Of a stretch of 64,000 nucleotides of DNA, positions 22,101 to 29,428 are shown piece after piece. The DNA comes from Bacteroidales bacterium (GTDB lineage Bacteria > Bacteroidota > Bacteroidia > Bacteroidales > P3): NCBI GenBank assembly GCA_017480185.1, contig JAFVBC010000008.1:114889-178888 (forward strand), given 5' to 3'. The stretch's first letter is position 1; each line of letters starts with the position of its first letter. The translations under genes were made by a program, and so were the position numbers. The notes under the pieces were generated by a model, which was given only the letters and a program-made list of their open reading frames with translations, ran no database searches and was not told the DNA's origin.

Positions 22101-24943
22101 TTCACCGAGTTGTACACCACGTCAATCCAATTTCCTTGAATGATATTGAATGGGGTGGTGATTTGTGTCGAAAGGCCATCGTCGTTACACACAATCATGT
22201 TGTTTGCAATCAACGCCCTATTGGCCGAAGTGCCTTCCACCGAACTGACACCCAGTGCTCCTGCACCATGCGAGGTGTACAATTTGTTTCCAGTAAAGCG
22301 AACTGTGCCGTCGCATTGATACAGCAGAGCAACGTAACTTGAGTTGCTGCTCACATCAGTCATCTCGCAGTTGCTGATGGTCAGATTCGATTGATTTGCC
22401 GCATATAAGGCATTGGAGGTTTGCCCATCAAAGACACAATTGTTTATCAACTGATTTTGTGATTTCTGGCTGACATCAAGGCCGACAAGGTTAACTCCAA
22501 TGTTTCCGCCGTGGAATGTACAGCCCACGACTTTAAGGCTACTCGCCGAACTGCCGTTTATCAAAGCGTTGATAGTCAGCGATGCATTGGGCGAATCAAT
22601 GCTGTCTGTGAATGTGCAGTCAAGGAATTGGCAGTCGCTACTTGTGCCACTCAACTGCACCATGTTGGTCATCGCGTTGCGTGTACGGTAGAAGTTGAGA
22701 TTTCTAAAACGTATGTGGTTTGCCTGTGTAAGGTCAATCAATGCCGACATGTCCCCTTCAAGGTTGGTAATATTTACCGTTGTGTTCGGTGCACCTTGCA
22801 GAAGCAGATAGTTGCGGGTCGACAAACCTGGTATTGTTGGCACGGTAAATCCGTTGTAAGTGCCGGGCGCCAGAGTTACTATCAGCGAATCGCTAATTCC
22901 ACACAGGCTTAATGCATTGAGAAACTGTTCTATTGTCTCATAGTCAGATGTGGGTGTACCTACGGTGCGTGTGCCGTGCATTGCTCCTGCACACACCACA
23001 AAGTCGGTGGCACTGGTGTCGTTGAACGGTTCATGGTCGCGCCATTGTACACTTGCCGAGGTCAATGTGTCTTCAACCCAAGCTTTCATAGAGTGGTAAC
23101 CTGCGGCGAGTTGAAGCGTGTTGCATACCTCAACGGCTATGCTGTCTCCACCGTTTATTGTCCCTGTCCAGTCAAAGTGTCCGCTGATGGTCTCATCCAC
23201 CAGGTAGGAAATTCGTATTGCATTAACAGGATTTGCACCGTAGTTTTTGAGCCACACTACCAGACGTTCGTTGGGTTGATTGGTCATGGCGGTAGTAGCG
23301 TTTGGATAACTAAAACCGCTCACCCCCATGTCATAAACCAAAGGCATATTCTTTTGCGCTCCAAAACTGAAGGCCGCACGATCGTCCGACACGTCATCGC
23401 CCATCGGTATGCCAGTATAGGCATTGTAGCCGTATGCAGCGGCACCATCGTAAACGTATATTGTTTTTTTTGTTGATGGCGCAGCTATTGTCCTTATCGG
23501 AGTGGCTGCACCATCATCATCGCCGTCGTAGATTATGTGCATCAAAATGTCTTTACCTGCATAGAAGAAAGTGTCGGTAAAGTTTATTGTTTGTTGTGTA
23601 CCTGCACCAACAGCCGATGAAACAAACGTGGTGTCGTACACCACCTGCATATACGACGTTGTGAACTTCCTCGTGGTGGCATCCGATTCGTAATTGTTCG
23701 GTATGTTCTTCATCCAAATTTGGAAATTCGGACGGCGTTGAGTGCTGCTGACGTTGGTGGCAACCGTATAGGTGAGCGAGGTTATTCCTCCCGCTTTATA
23801 TCCTGCATTGGCCAGCAAAGCCGAGTCGTACACCATCTCGCAGCGCATGTCAGCATTGCCCGAAAATGGGAAATACTCGCTCCTGCGGTTGTTGTTATCA
23901 CCAAGTAGAGTGGGTGAATTAGACGACCATGCTTGACCACGCACGCAACGGTAGGTTACGAAAGAGCCTGCAGCGTTTGGATACGACACTTCGTTGTGGT
24001 TTGTGGTGGCATCTTTCACTTGGCAGTAGAAGTCCATAAGTGTGTCATAACCCATAAAGGGCACGCGGTAGGTAAATTCGCCTGCCGATGAGGCTACCGG
24101 ACTCATGGTCTGTTTTGTCCAAATCGAGTCGCTCGACTTGCGATAGAAAATAAACACCGAGTCGGCAGCTATACCTTGCGACACCGATGTGGTAGCACGC
24201 AGTGATACTCGTGCACCACGGCTACTGGGGTGATCTCCGCCATCGGGGTAACACAGCATCTTGATGCGTGGCGACACTATTTGGTTTTGGCTGGCGCGGA
24301 CGCGAATGTTGTCAATCCACCAACTCGTTCCAGTGGCGTTGCCTGTTGATGTCTTCTTCTTGGTAACGAATTTGAATATCAGTTTACGGTCGGATTGAGG
24401 TACGCTTGCCGTCAGAATACTGTTAAGGTCAAAACGTTCGCTCTTCCAGTTGTCGTTAGTGGGAGTGCGCAGGTTCACCCAGTCGGAATAAACCTCCTTA
24501 TTGAACGTACCGATGCTGGTAAACACCGTGCTGTACACTTCGCGGTCGGTGTTATAGTTTTGCGAGGTCAGTTGCTGCCAACGAGTGTCGGGGTCGCGAG
24601 CCAACTTCACATATATCACGCCAACCATAACGTCGCTACCGCTGTTGGTGGCAATGTTGTTGATGTGGTCGAACTCAAGGGTTATGAAACGCAACTGCGT
24701 GTTTTGAGTGAAGTCTATCGTGTCAAGAAACAACTCCACATCATTGTCTCGGCTTTGCGTCAGCTTTATACACTGTGAGCCACTGGCGGCAATGCTATTG
24801 TCTGTACTGTAGGTTCCAGTAGCGTTCCAGTTGGTCGGCGAACCTGGTTCAAAGCCCTGATAGAACATTTCAAAAACCTGTCCGTGGGCAGTAAGGCTCA
24901 TTAGCGTGGCAATCACACATAAAATTGTGAGTCGACGTTTCAT
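13109..24943 (-). CDS. Giant secreted cell-surface protein (about 3,944 aa) with parallel beta-helix modules and a T9SS C-terminal sorting domain
   Basis: N-terminal signal peptide MKRRLTILCVIATLMSLTAHGQ from the ATG at 24943. The ORF-track start 24988 is GTG. Two long stretches of PbH1-like beta-helix repeats, for example NNTLQNFTFHGINLRGLSGLEISGNYITSG. The C-terminus ...LGQNYPNPFSNNTVIPFSIPNSANVSLFIMDIMGKKVYESNQFYPAGDHAITINMDSYPTGIYYYGIEVDG matches the Por_Secre_tail (T9SS type A CTD) pattern. One uninterrupted 11.8-kb frame. Confidence 0.85.
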   Translation of the reverse strand: MKRRLTILCVIATLMSLTAHGQVFEMFYQGFEPGSPTNWNATGTYSTDNSIAASGSQCIKLTQSRDNDVELFLDTIDFTQNTQLRFITLEFDHINNIATNSGSDVMVGVIYVKLARDPDTRWQQLTSQNYNTDREVYSTVFTSIGTFNKEVYSDWVNLRTPTNDNWKSERFDLNSILTASVPQSDRKLIFKFVTKKKTSTGNATGTSWWIDNIRVRASQNQIVSPRIKMLCYPDGGDHPSSRGARVSLRATTSVSQGIAADSVFIFYRKSSDSIWTKQTMSPVASSAGEFTYRVPFMGYDTLMDFYCQVKDATTNHNEVSYPNAAGSFVTYRCVRGQAWSSNSPTLLGDNNNRRSEYFPFSGNADMRCEMVYDSALLANAGYKAGGITSLTYTVATNVSSTQRRPNFQIWMKNIPNNYESDATTRKFTTSYMQVVYDTTFVSSAVGAGTQQTINFTDTFFYAGKDILMHIIYDGDDDGAATPIRTIAAPSTKKTIYVYDGAAAYGYNAYTGIPMGDDVSDDRAAFSFGAQKNMPLVYDMGVSGFSYPNATTAMTNQPNERLVVWLKNYGANPVNAIRISYLVDETISGHFDWTGTINGGDSIAVEVCNTLQLAAGYHSMKAWVEDTLTSASVQWRDHEPFNDTSATDFVVCAGAMHGTRTVGTPTSDYETIEQFLNALSLCGISDSLIVTLAPGTYNGFTVPTIPGLSTRNYLLLQGAPNTTVNITNLEGDMSALIDLTQANHIRFRNLNFYRTRNAMTNMVQLSGTSSDCQFLDCTFTDSIDSPNASLTINALINGSSASSLKVVGCTFHGGNIGVNLVGLDVSQKSQNQLINNCVFDGQTSNALYAANQSNLTISNCEMTDVSSNSSYVALLYQCDGTVRFTGNKLYTSHGAGALGVSSVEGTSANRALIANNMIVCNDDGLSTQITTPFNIIQGNWIDVVYNSVKLTARERTSTAAATFGGGTMTNCRFMNNIVACMDDVNYAFNYLAPADNGNLVNHNLYFSNGYTLNRRTGVSFDDLAAWQSAVTEDDASQSANPGFLNSTPVDLRTYIRVIKGLATPISQVTTDMFGTARDASRPCAGAFEFATLQYDFEPIALLQPLEDNCAIENNTELILQVANTGSNRYTYGGTTLRIGCKINNNAEQYATVTQTINSDDTVNINTGIRLTMPPNGLKDSTYAMRIWVSSTSDPNKTNDTMDLAVISRYHATAPTRIESSVEYFERDTIVPTAGINMWAVYSDPTAPKKRSTLYWYRNITDTVPMHIGDTLITDPLRVTQDFFMEQRRQVPVVRLTQIQLFRGVGTSYVGLTEPYPDWLASSVRVVAQITNVGDAPANLTRDTLQTISTSSLLNNKICGFTGITLQPGQSMTVQYLVPSASTPVNPEKTIYAGATLVMADNNNLGFVYRREGVIEDAVAFKDLVTAGSALPLKWADLNIPSYVWGSQGVPITSSYVSGFIRVAFNGDSTDWVAASNERRMTLGEVDSSIMMFTGNGCPGDKGTAHVVVTRAPSTDLELDNLQLPTGCGLGLEDITVTVHNYGTVTVNRYTLNYNGGGATVSELVTTPIAAGDSLIYTFNTKLNMNVSYDSTFFVKVWSSNVADDHRPENDTTSGSTFVNFTPSAPVVTTNRTINYGTSDTITITAPSNAMPLWYNFDGNVSDTGYTFITGNRYTEGTIGVSYMAMTKSEKQLGNTQTKTTKTEYPSAFQTYNKLSKQQYIYTAAELTAMGLQPGPISAVAFYQDSLCDVNVVTRIDSITVADFYIHMGLTTDTFFAARNSWKPVSQVMYRSNLRFYKRNNHKWVKHEFDTPIIWDGTSNVVVQVAMQNTAAITSGIQSTYNTRANSVLYIATNNSVSPSLLGYVSNGLPQSDKRPDIRLTGTDYACEGPRTNIRITPIGTPQIDACISWPNGYDTATYASCGNVSLPITISNLGLGNLNNAKIVYYVDNAARKDTIAYTNVLHGGDSVTLPLFSLPLEPGRHFVHAYVIAENDDVHNNDTLSRLFKVRFCGGVYTVGGQTPDFDRFSKLIDTLNVVGIAGPVRIDIRPGVYTEQIYLGNIEGSSTNNTLTFHGENDSVFLRVATTQANNYVLKLNGASNVILDRLHLVSRPPTVQFGDVLVIQNASNIVVRNSHLTVKGTLDNFNSSCIVLNGNVSKLNVENNVIDSGYYSIHHAGAIQNYQNITISNNTLQNFTFHGINLRGLSGLEISGNYITSGMIRSNRNLAGVYIANTTGKFLISKNQIYLIDAMNGGKSGIKLSNIVGINQQWGRVSNNMISCQHNCNPAQNLSEQPNGIRIDSSSAYVNICFNTVRINATGANQYNTMSSSLYSGATNSHLIIMNNILANYGSGFAYDVRNGEGITTSNYNAYYTEGNVLALWNSQFINNLDTLQTRNNMDIRSLEEAPYFVNDTNLHLVMTNFVTKAQYNPDVIDDIDGNTRPQIPAPTIGAHEMQRNAHDMTIVKIESPKMPENRNNPLNIESDSILVKVLFYNNGNSMESTVQWYAYMTNYRDTTGARISQSITKTLYNVPAGELFMDSILVPSPLGIIDTHMIHVEVIIGEDDNMEDNYMKTPVYLAPAYNLEATRMIVPSGCNLEEAVIQITLKNVGFKQFLPGDSIRIGYHTQGYYPSCATTNLNANKINIRTMIDTVEETIILTEPIIENETKVFEFVRKANLYPTDTLLNIKVRVDGWCKHLYDILTDNNATTLSQTSSPIVDAFYTPNPPHGFDTTFAYGTWGRVRSSQDNLPSTPLAVRWYRDTLSNPFYTNANYNTSRWWNNTPQFFHDSVYYLNCISAKNCTSKFSPVRVSVAPPMPNDLSVEAIIAPLGNRVYMQNDTVRLRIINYGTQTQSNFPLAYQLRRNNAVLQTVTETYPGSIQPGQTVIYTFDSLLMTNSPTTAQAYTLKVWTDLANDDVRRNDTLRMPYNGGNTDPGQQYGFTSISPSAALCVPGSNFEPGMLDISRVSFNCIDFDISSIGRTYTDLADYPNPEERVLHVTRGMTDSLIVELNNINDIYSPIAGDISVFIDLDRSGNFDATERVISPTTVIATEQKLATRLTIPNNASYGYMRMRVIVQPEGASESTGCPTSGSGHAIDFLLFVDKEAVSTDLAFTRIVSPRKFSIPDDDSASVSFYVYNKGTQPVNEFEYMCMFEADNPDSSQFVRRTWTGNLASNSGMVITLPYFHFPYGVTKVQIFHSYPNDSDTANNHIEYEYVRFHSVTLRMNEMFDSLNYWYAPSGRNAYTKNYWQLGAPHKSVIYSAYSAPNAWVTDLANPIVSGKRGNASYLYSPIIDISQVRPDTIIFRLLRNLVNNSTLHLEYLNYQGHWTKLQHDSMVTFYNNEENMVFDGTSSGYTYNRYWMRTTTNHISSEFPEKLQFRFVYRTPEGSSTGSSFGDGCALDNFYIGRAQRAIDVGVIAITQPQYPRFGEQLYPQVVVKNYGYDTVRNMQIGYTHYGANLAKINEITCNIAPGATDTFSFTTPFLVTSDFPTEFEIEAFTQQPLDIYWDNDTLRQTFMIAPLDHDIAAINFVQPLERVIAGDTQVAVSILIRNFGLSEIPTATATLDFNGRDRAVEIIDFNQMLGRPLESMEFFNYTFRKKFRASMGMMDLTAFIKSDSNDYIYNDTITHRINGISSIMDIAAAGVIADSSKHGTVQFELIIENRGARGANNFDVGFWIDNDTTTMVRETYYRDLPIPALSTASHLFNVVLPMRSTGYRTLSGYVHINNDNDRSNDTTNRVVEQYFDLAVDKVIVEENANPDCRVFIKVTNVGNLALDSTRTLQLRGTVNGTNLSYNIRRQIDPGQSATLQFPTKIEKSPLRRYIGTGRFILAIDVMNTDNNQTSVVEVVNYVEGVPTLSTSELDLGQNYPNPFSNNTVIPFSIPNSANVSLFIMDIMGKKVYESNQFYPAGDHAITINMDSYPTGIYYYGIEVDGDKKMKKMILR

Positions 24944-25032
24944 ATACTGTGTTTTTATATTTCGGTGTATTTCAGTTTGTTGTTGCACAAAACGTGAGCC
25001 GAAATATGCATTTCAGCCCATTCGCGCAATGT

Positions 25033-25040
25033 GCAAATAT
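25033..25040 (-). promoter_or_regulatory. Candidate Bacteroidetes -7 promoter box (TAnnTTTG) for the giant gene
   Basis: Minus strand reads TATATTTG immediately downstream of the rlmB terminator T-run. That leaves a 5'UTR of roughly 90 nt before the ATG at 24943. Motif match only. Confidence 0.3.
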
Positions 25041-25070
25041 ATAAAAAAGACGACATAATGTCGCCTTTTT
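25041..25070 (-). terminator. Rho-independent terminator after rlmB
   Basis: Minus strand reads AGGCGACA-tta-TGTCGTCT, a 7-8 bp stem with one G:U pair, followed by TTTTTTATAT. Confidence 0.45.
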
Positions 25071-25119
25071 CTCAAAAAATGTTTTTTTTAACTTTTGGGG
25101 AGGTGTGGTGCACGCACGA

Positions 25120-25869
25120 CTATTCGTTGCGTTGCGACAGCGCCTCATACATGAATACCCCAGCTGCCACCGACACATTTAGCGATTGCACTTCGCCCAT
25201 GATGGGCAGTTTTGCTCTTATGTCGCTCATTTTCAGTAGGTCGTTGCTTATGCCGTGTTCCTCGTTACCCATTATCAGCAGGGTGGGCTTGCCGAAGTCA
25301 ACCTGTCTGTAGTTCATGGCTGCTTTCTCCGATGCCGCCACCACCTGCATGCCGTATTGTTTGGCTACATTGATGGTGGTTTTCAGATTGTCTTCTCGGC
25401 AAACGGGCAAGCGTAGCAGTGCACCCGAAGAAGTCTTTATAGCATCTTGATTTAGTTGTGCGCTGCCATGGGCAGGCACCACAATGGCGTGCACACCAGC
25501 GCACTCGGCCGTGCGGGCAATGGCTCCGATGTTGCGCACGTCGGTTATGTGGTCGAGCATCACCACAAAGGGTACCTCTCCCTGCTCTTCAAGGCTGGGA
25601 ATGAGGTCGATGAAATTTCTGTATGTCACTGTAGCCATAGTGGCCACAACCCCTTGATGGTTGCCTCTAATCAGGCGGTCGAGCTTTTCTGCTGGCACAT
25701 ACTGTATGGGTATCGAGGCACGCTGTAAGCAGTTGCGCAACTGTGCCACGAGTTCGCCCGAAAGGCCTGCTTGCAGCATCACTTTGTCAATGCGTTTACC
25801 TGCTTCAAGGGCTTCCATCACTGGGCGCAACCCATAGACAATCTGTGGTTTACTATTGCTGTTTTCCAT
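25120..25869 (-). CDS. rlmB: 23S rRNA (guanosine-2'-O)-methyltransferase RlmB (SpoU/TrmH family)
   Basis: 249 aa with an N-terminal substrate-binding region and a C-terminal SpoU methylase fold. Motifs include ...[24 protein letters not shown]... and ...[11 protein letters not shown]... Confidence 0.8.
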   Translation of the reverse strand: MENSNSKPQIVYGLRPVMEALEAGKRIDKVMLQAGLSGELVAQLRNCLQRASIPIQYVPAEKLDRLIRGNHQGVVATMATVTYRNFIDLIPSLEEQGEVPFVVMLDHITDVRNIGAIARTAECAGVHAIVVPAHGSAQLNQDAIKTSSGALLRLPVCREDNLKTTINVAKQYGMQVVAASEKAAMNYRQVDFGKPTLLIMGNEEHGISNDLLKMSDIRAKLPIMGEVQSLNVSVAAGVFMYEALSQRNE

Positions 25870-26503
25870 CTTTTATCACAATTGTTCGGTCGGTCATTGT
25901 GGCCAGTTCTTCGTTATGGGTAACAATGACGAATGTTTGTTTGTAGGTGTCGCGCAGTTGGAAGAAAAGGTCGTGCAACTGGCTAGCATGCACCGAGTCG
26001 AGATTGCCCGAGGGTTCATCGGCCAACACCACGTCGGGGCAATTCATCAGAGCGCGAGCCACCGCCACCCGTTGTTGTTCGCCACCCGAAAGCTGCGATG
26101 GTTTGTGCTCGGCACGATTTGATAGGTTCATAAAGTCGAGCAACTCCAGTGCCCGTTGTCGCGCCTGTTTCATGGGTGTGCCGTTTATTAGTGCAGGCAG
26201 GCACACGTTCTCTGCAGCGGTGAATTCGGGCAGTAGGTGGTGGGCTTGGAATACAAATCCTATGTGTTTGTTGCGAAATGCAGTCAGTTTGTTGTCAGAC
26301 AGTTGGGTTATGTCGGTGTCGTTGTAGAGCACTTGGCCGCTATCAGGGCGGTCAAGCGTGCCGAGTATTTGTAGCAGGGTGGTCTTTCCTGCTCCCGACG
26401 GGCCCACTATGGCCACAACCTCGCCGCTATTGATGCCTATGTCTATGTCTTGAAGTACGTGCAACGAGCCGTACCATTTGTTTATTCCTGTGGCTTTTAT
26501 CAT
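25853..26503 (-). CDS. ABC transporter ATP-binding protein, LolD/FtsE-like
   Basis: 216 aa. Walker A is [11 protein letters not shown], signature is [15 protein letters not shown] and Walker B is [15 protein letters not shown] overlap with the hutI stop. Confidence 0.8.
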   Translation of the reverse strand: MIKATGINKWYGSLHVLQDIDIGINSGEVVAIVGPSGAGKTTLLQILGTLDRPDSGQVLYNDTDITQLSDNKLTAFRNKHIGFVFQAHHLLPEFTAAENVCLPALINGTPMKQARQRALELLDFMNLSNRAEHKPSQLSGGEQQRVAVARALMNCPDVVLADEPSGNLDSVHASQLHDLFFQLRDTYKQTFVIVTHNEELATMTDRTIVIKDGKQQ

Positions 26504-27741
26504 TGTTCCTTGCCGTTTAGAAATGCTCGTTCCACTTTGTTCTCGCCATAGCTGTAGGGCAAGTATTCAAGTGTTGGTACGGGTTTGGTGATGAAGAAGT
26601 TGGCTTTCTTGCCTACGGCAATGCTACCTGCCATGTGGCTCACCCCCATGGCGTAGGCCGTGTTAAGGGTGGTGGCGTTGATTGCCTCTTCGGGCAGTAG
26701 CCGATAGTTGATGCATGCCATAGAGAGTATGAGCTGCATGTTGACACTTGGCGACGAGCCTGGGTTGCAGTCGGAGGCCATAGCCACACCCAGTCCAGCA
26801 TCGATCATTGTGCGTGCTGGGGCGAATGGCATGTTGAGGAAAAAGGCAGCACCGGGCAGTATGGTTGGCATGGTGGCACTGCCTTGCAGGGCTGCAATCT
26901 CGTCGGCACCCGTGTATTCAAGGTGGTCGCAGCTCAAGGCGTTCCATTTCACGGCACACTGTATGCCACCGCTGCAGGCCAGTTCGTTGGCGTGTATTTT
27001 TGCACGCATACCGTGTTTGGCACCTGCTTCGAGCATGCGCTCTGTCTCGGCCACGGTGAAAAATCCTCGGTCGCAGAAAACGTCGATAAAGTCGGCCAAT
27101 CCTTCGTCGGCTGCTTGGGGTATCATGCGGTCGACTACGAGGTCGACAAAGGCCTCCTGCCGCCCTCGGTATTCAAGGGGTATGCCGTGGGCTCCCAGTA
27201 GCGTAGCCCTCACCACCAGTGGGGCTGTCTCTTTTATGTGGCGCACCACACGCAACATCTTCATCTCGGCCTCGACGGTCATGCCGTAGCCCGATTTTAT
27301 TTCCACCGCACCAGTACCCAACTTCGTCATTTGGGCTATGCGCAGCATGGCATCGTCGTAGAGTTCTTGTTCAGAGGCTTGCTGCACCCGCAGCGCACTG
27401 TTGAGTATGCCTCCACCACGTTGGGCTATCTCTTCGTAGCTCAAGCCGCGTATTTTGTCGACATATTCTATCTCACGACTGCCGGCGTAGACCAGATGGG
27501 TGTGCGAGTCGCAGAACGATGGCATTACCATTCGCCCCGATGCATCTATCTCACGGTCAAAGTGTTCGACGTTGAGGCGTGGGTCAGACATCGAGCCAAA
27601 GGCTTCGATAGTGTCGTCGGCGATGATTAAGAATGCGTTGGCAATATTGTCAAGGTGGCTCATTTCGCTGCCTTGAACGCGCGTCCGAGCCACCAACTCG
27701 GTGTTGATGAGCAGTTTTATGTTCTTTACCAGTGTGCGCAT
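26500..27741 (-). CDS. hutI: Imidazolonepropionase
   Basis: 413-aa amidohydrolase. Metal-binding region [20 protein letters not shown] and overall collinearity with HutI. Confidence 0.8.
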   Translation of the reverse strand: MRTLVKNIKLLINTELVARTRVQGSEMSHLDNIANAFLIIADDTIEAFGSMSDPRLNVEHFDREIDASGRMVMPSFCDSHTHLVYAGSREIEYVDKIRGLSYEEIAQRGGGILNSALRVQQASEQELYDDAMLRIAQMTKLGTGAVEIKSGYGMTVEAEMKMLRVVRHIKETAPLVVRATLLGAHGIPLEYRGRQEAFVDLVVDRMIPQAADEGLADFIDVFCDRGFFTVAETERMLEAGAKHGMRAKIHANELACSGGIQCAVKWNALSCDHLEYTGADEIAALQGSATMPTILPGAAFFLNMPFAPARTMIDAGLGVAMASDCNPGSSPSVNMQLILSMACINYRLLPEEAINATTLNTAYAMGVSHMAGSIAVGKKANFFITKPVPTLEYLPYSYGENKVERAFLNGKEQ

Positions 27742-27769
27742 AGATTGAAAGTTGGTGTTAAACAGCTGT

Positions 27770-28789
27770 TTACAGGTCGAGCAATTGCTGGTTGCCCCCT
27801 TTGAATTTGCCCAAGTGGCGGTAGGCAGCTTCGGTGGCTTCGCGCCCTCGTGGGGTGCGCATCAGGTAGCCCTCTTGAATCAAGTAGGGCTCGTATACCT
27901 CTTCCACCGTGCCTGCGTCTTCGCCCACGGCGGTGGCTATAGTGCCCACACCCACTGGGCCACCCTTGAATTTTTCGATGATGGTACTCAATATGCGAAT
28001 GTCCATCTCGTCAAGTCCGTTGCGATCTACGTTAAGGGCTTGCAGTGCATAGCGAGCAATGTCGAGGGTGATGGTGCCATCGCCTTTCACCTGGGCAAAG
28101 TCGCGCACCCGTCGCAGCAAGCGGTTGGCTATACGGGGGGTGCCACGACTGCGACGCGCTATCTCGATGGCGCTCTCGCCAGTTATCTTCACCCCCAGCA
28201 ATCCCGCCGAGCGGTTGACAATGGAGGTGAGCGTTGGGGCATCGTAGTATTCCAGCCGACAGTTTATGCCGAAGCGTGCTCGCAGAGGGGCGGTGAGCAT
28301 ACCACTACGAGTGGTGGCACCAATCAGTGTGAAAGGCTTCAGCCGCAGCTGTACACTGCGTGCCGCTGGGCCACTCTCTATCATGATGTCTATCCTAAAA
28401 TCCTCCATCGCCGAGTAGAGATACTCCTCCACCACTGGCGACAGACGATGAATCTCGTCAATGAAAAGCACATCGTTTTCGGCCAACGAGGTGAGCAATC
28501 CAGCCAAGTCGCCAGGCTTGTCGAGCACCGGCCCACTGGTGGTTTTAATGCTGACACCCAACTCGTTGGCAATGATGTTGCTCAACGTTGTCTTACCCAA
28601 TCCCGGCGGACCGTAAAGCAACACGTGGTCAAGGGGTTCGCCACGCTCTTTTGCTGCACTGACAAACACCTTTAGGTTCTCCACCACCTGGTGTTGACCA
28701 GCAAAACTGTCGAAGCCCGACGGACGCAACGCCCGTTCAATATCGCGTTCCTGCACACTGGTGTGGCTGGCATCTAAACTGTCGTTCAT
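27770..28789 (-). CDS. ruvB: Holliday junction branch-migration helicase RuvB
   Basis: 339 aa. Walker A is [20 protein letters not shown]. RuvB-specific N-, middle and winged-helix domains are collinear. Confidence 0.9.
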   Translation of the reverse strand: MNDSLDASHTSVQERDIERALRPSGFDSFAGQHQVVENLKVFVSAAKERGEPLDHVLLYGPPGLGKTTLSNIIANELGVSIKTTSGPVLDKPGDLAGLLTSLAENDVLFIDEIHRLSPVVEEYLYSAMEDFRIDIMIESGPAARSVQLRLKPFTLIGATTRSGMLTAPLRARFGINCRLEYYDAPTLTSIVNRSAGLLGVKITGESAIEIARRSRGTPRIANRLLRRVRDFAQVKGDGTITLDIARYALQALNVDRNGLDEMDIRILSTIIEKFKGGPVGVGTIATAVGEDAGTVEEVYEPYLIQEGYLMRTPRGREATEAAYRHLGKFKGGNQQLLDL

Positions 28790-28924
28790 GGCGCAAAATT
28801 ACGAAAAATATCGGTGATAGGATCTCTGCGAGCGGTGGGAAGTATATGAAGTGCAATCGGTCAATAGAAGTGGCTGATTGAGTGGCGGAAAGAAAGATAG
28901 TATAGGGCAGAAGCCAGCAGGTGG

Positions 28925-29026
28925 CAAGTAGGGCTCAAGTAAGGCCGTTCTTCAGTATTTCTTCAGTCAACGACTGAAGAAATACTGAAGAACGACTGAA
29001 GAACAGCCGAAGTTGATCCCTACATG
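28925..29026. repeat. Intergenic nested palindromic repeat, copy B; right arm degenerate
   Basis: caagtaggg-ctCAAGTAAGGCCGTTCTTCAGtaTTTCTTCAGTCAACGACTGAAGAAatACTGAAGAACGACTGAAGAAcagccgaagttgat-ccctacatg. Same family as 5512..5613 and 41464..41545. Confidence 0.6.
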
Positions 29027-29073
29027 ATGGTTAGTTTTTTTTTGCGTGGCTGTTTTTTTTTAGTGGACGTTTA

Positions 29074-29327
29074 CCCACCCCTAACCCCTCCGAGGAGGGG
29101 AAGAAAATGAGGGTCGCAGGTGTGCTATAAAAACCTCCCCTCCCAGGAGGGAAAGAGAATGAGGGTTAATCTCAGTCGGGGAAGAAGATGAGGGATGCAG
29201 GTGTGCTATAAAAAACCTCCCCTCCTGGGAGGGGATAAAGGGGTGGGGTAGATGAGTTAGTTTTCGAGTGTACTATGCTGTGTGATAACCCACCCCTAAC
29301 CCCTCCGAGGAGGGGAAGGAAATGGGG
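29074..29327. repeat. Cluster of GC-tract hairpin repeats (CCCCTCC-N4-GGAGGGG) containing a G-quadruplex motif
   Basis: Four hairpin units at about 29085, 29139, 29220 and 29300. Two near-identical direct repeats, cccacccctaacccctccgaggaggggaag and gcaggtgtgctataaaaa(a)cctcccctcc. A canonical PQS, GGGAGGGGATAAAGGGGTGGGG, lies at 29228-29249. No ORF is supported. The 80-aa ORF 29172..29414 is a repeat artefact. Confidence 0.55.
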
Positions 29328-29428
29328 ACTTCTCTTTCCGTCTACTTTTTCTTTGCTCTGATGCAATAAATCACAACTTTTCATCGTTACACCGCAAAAA
29401 CATATCTGCAACAAAACTCATTCCGAAA

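Noticed and set aside
29074-29327. Possible CRISPR array
   Set aside because: The repeats are heterogeneous, with several unit types and irregular spacing. No cas genes were seen and there is no constant repeat length. It is better described as a GC-hairpin repeat cluster.
29172-29414. 80-aa ORF inside the GC-hairpin repeat cluster
   Set aside because: Its translation simply reads through CCCCTCC/GGAGGGG repeats (PLLGGVRGG...). There is no start context and it is not a plausible protein.
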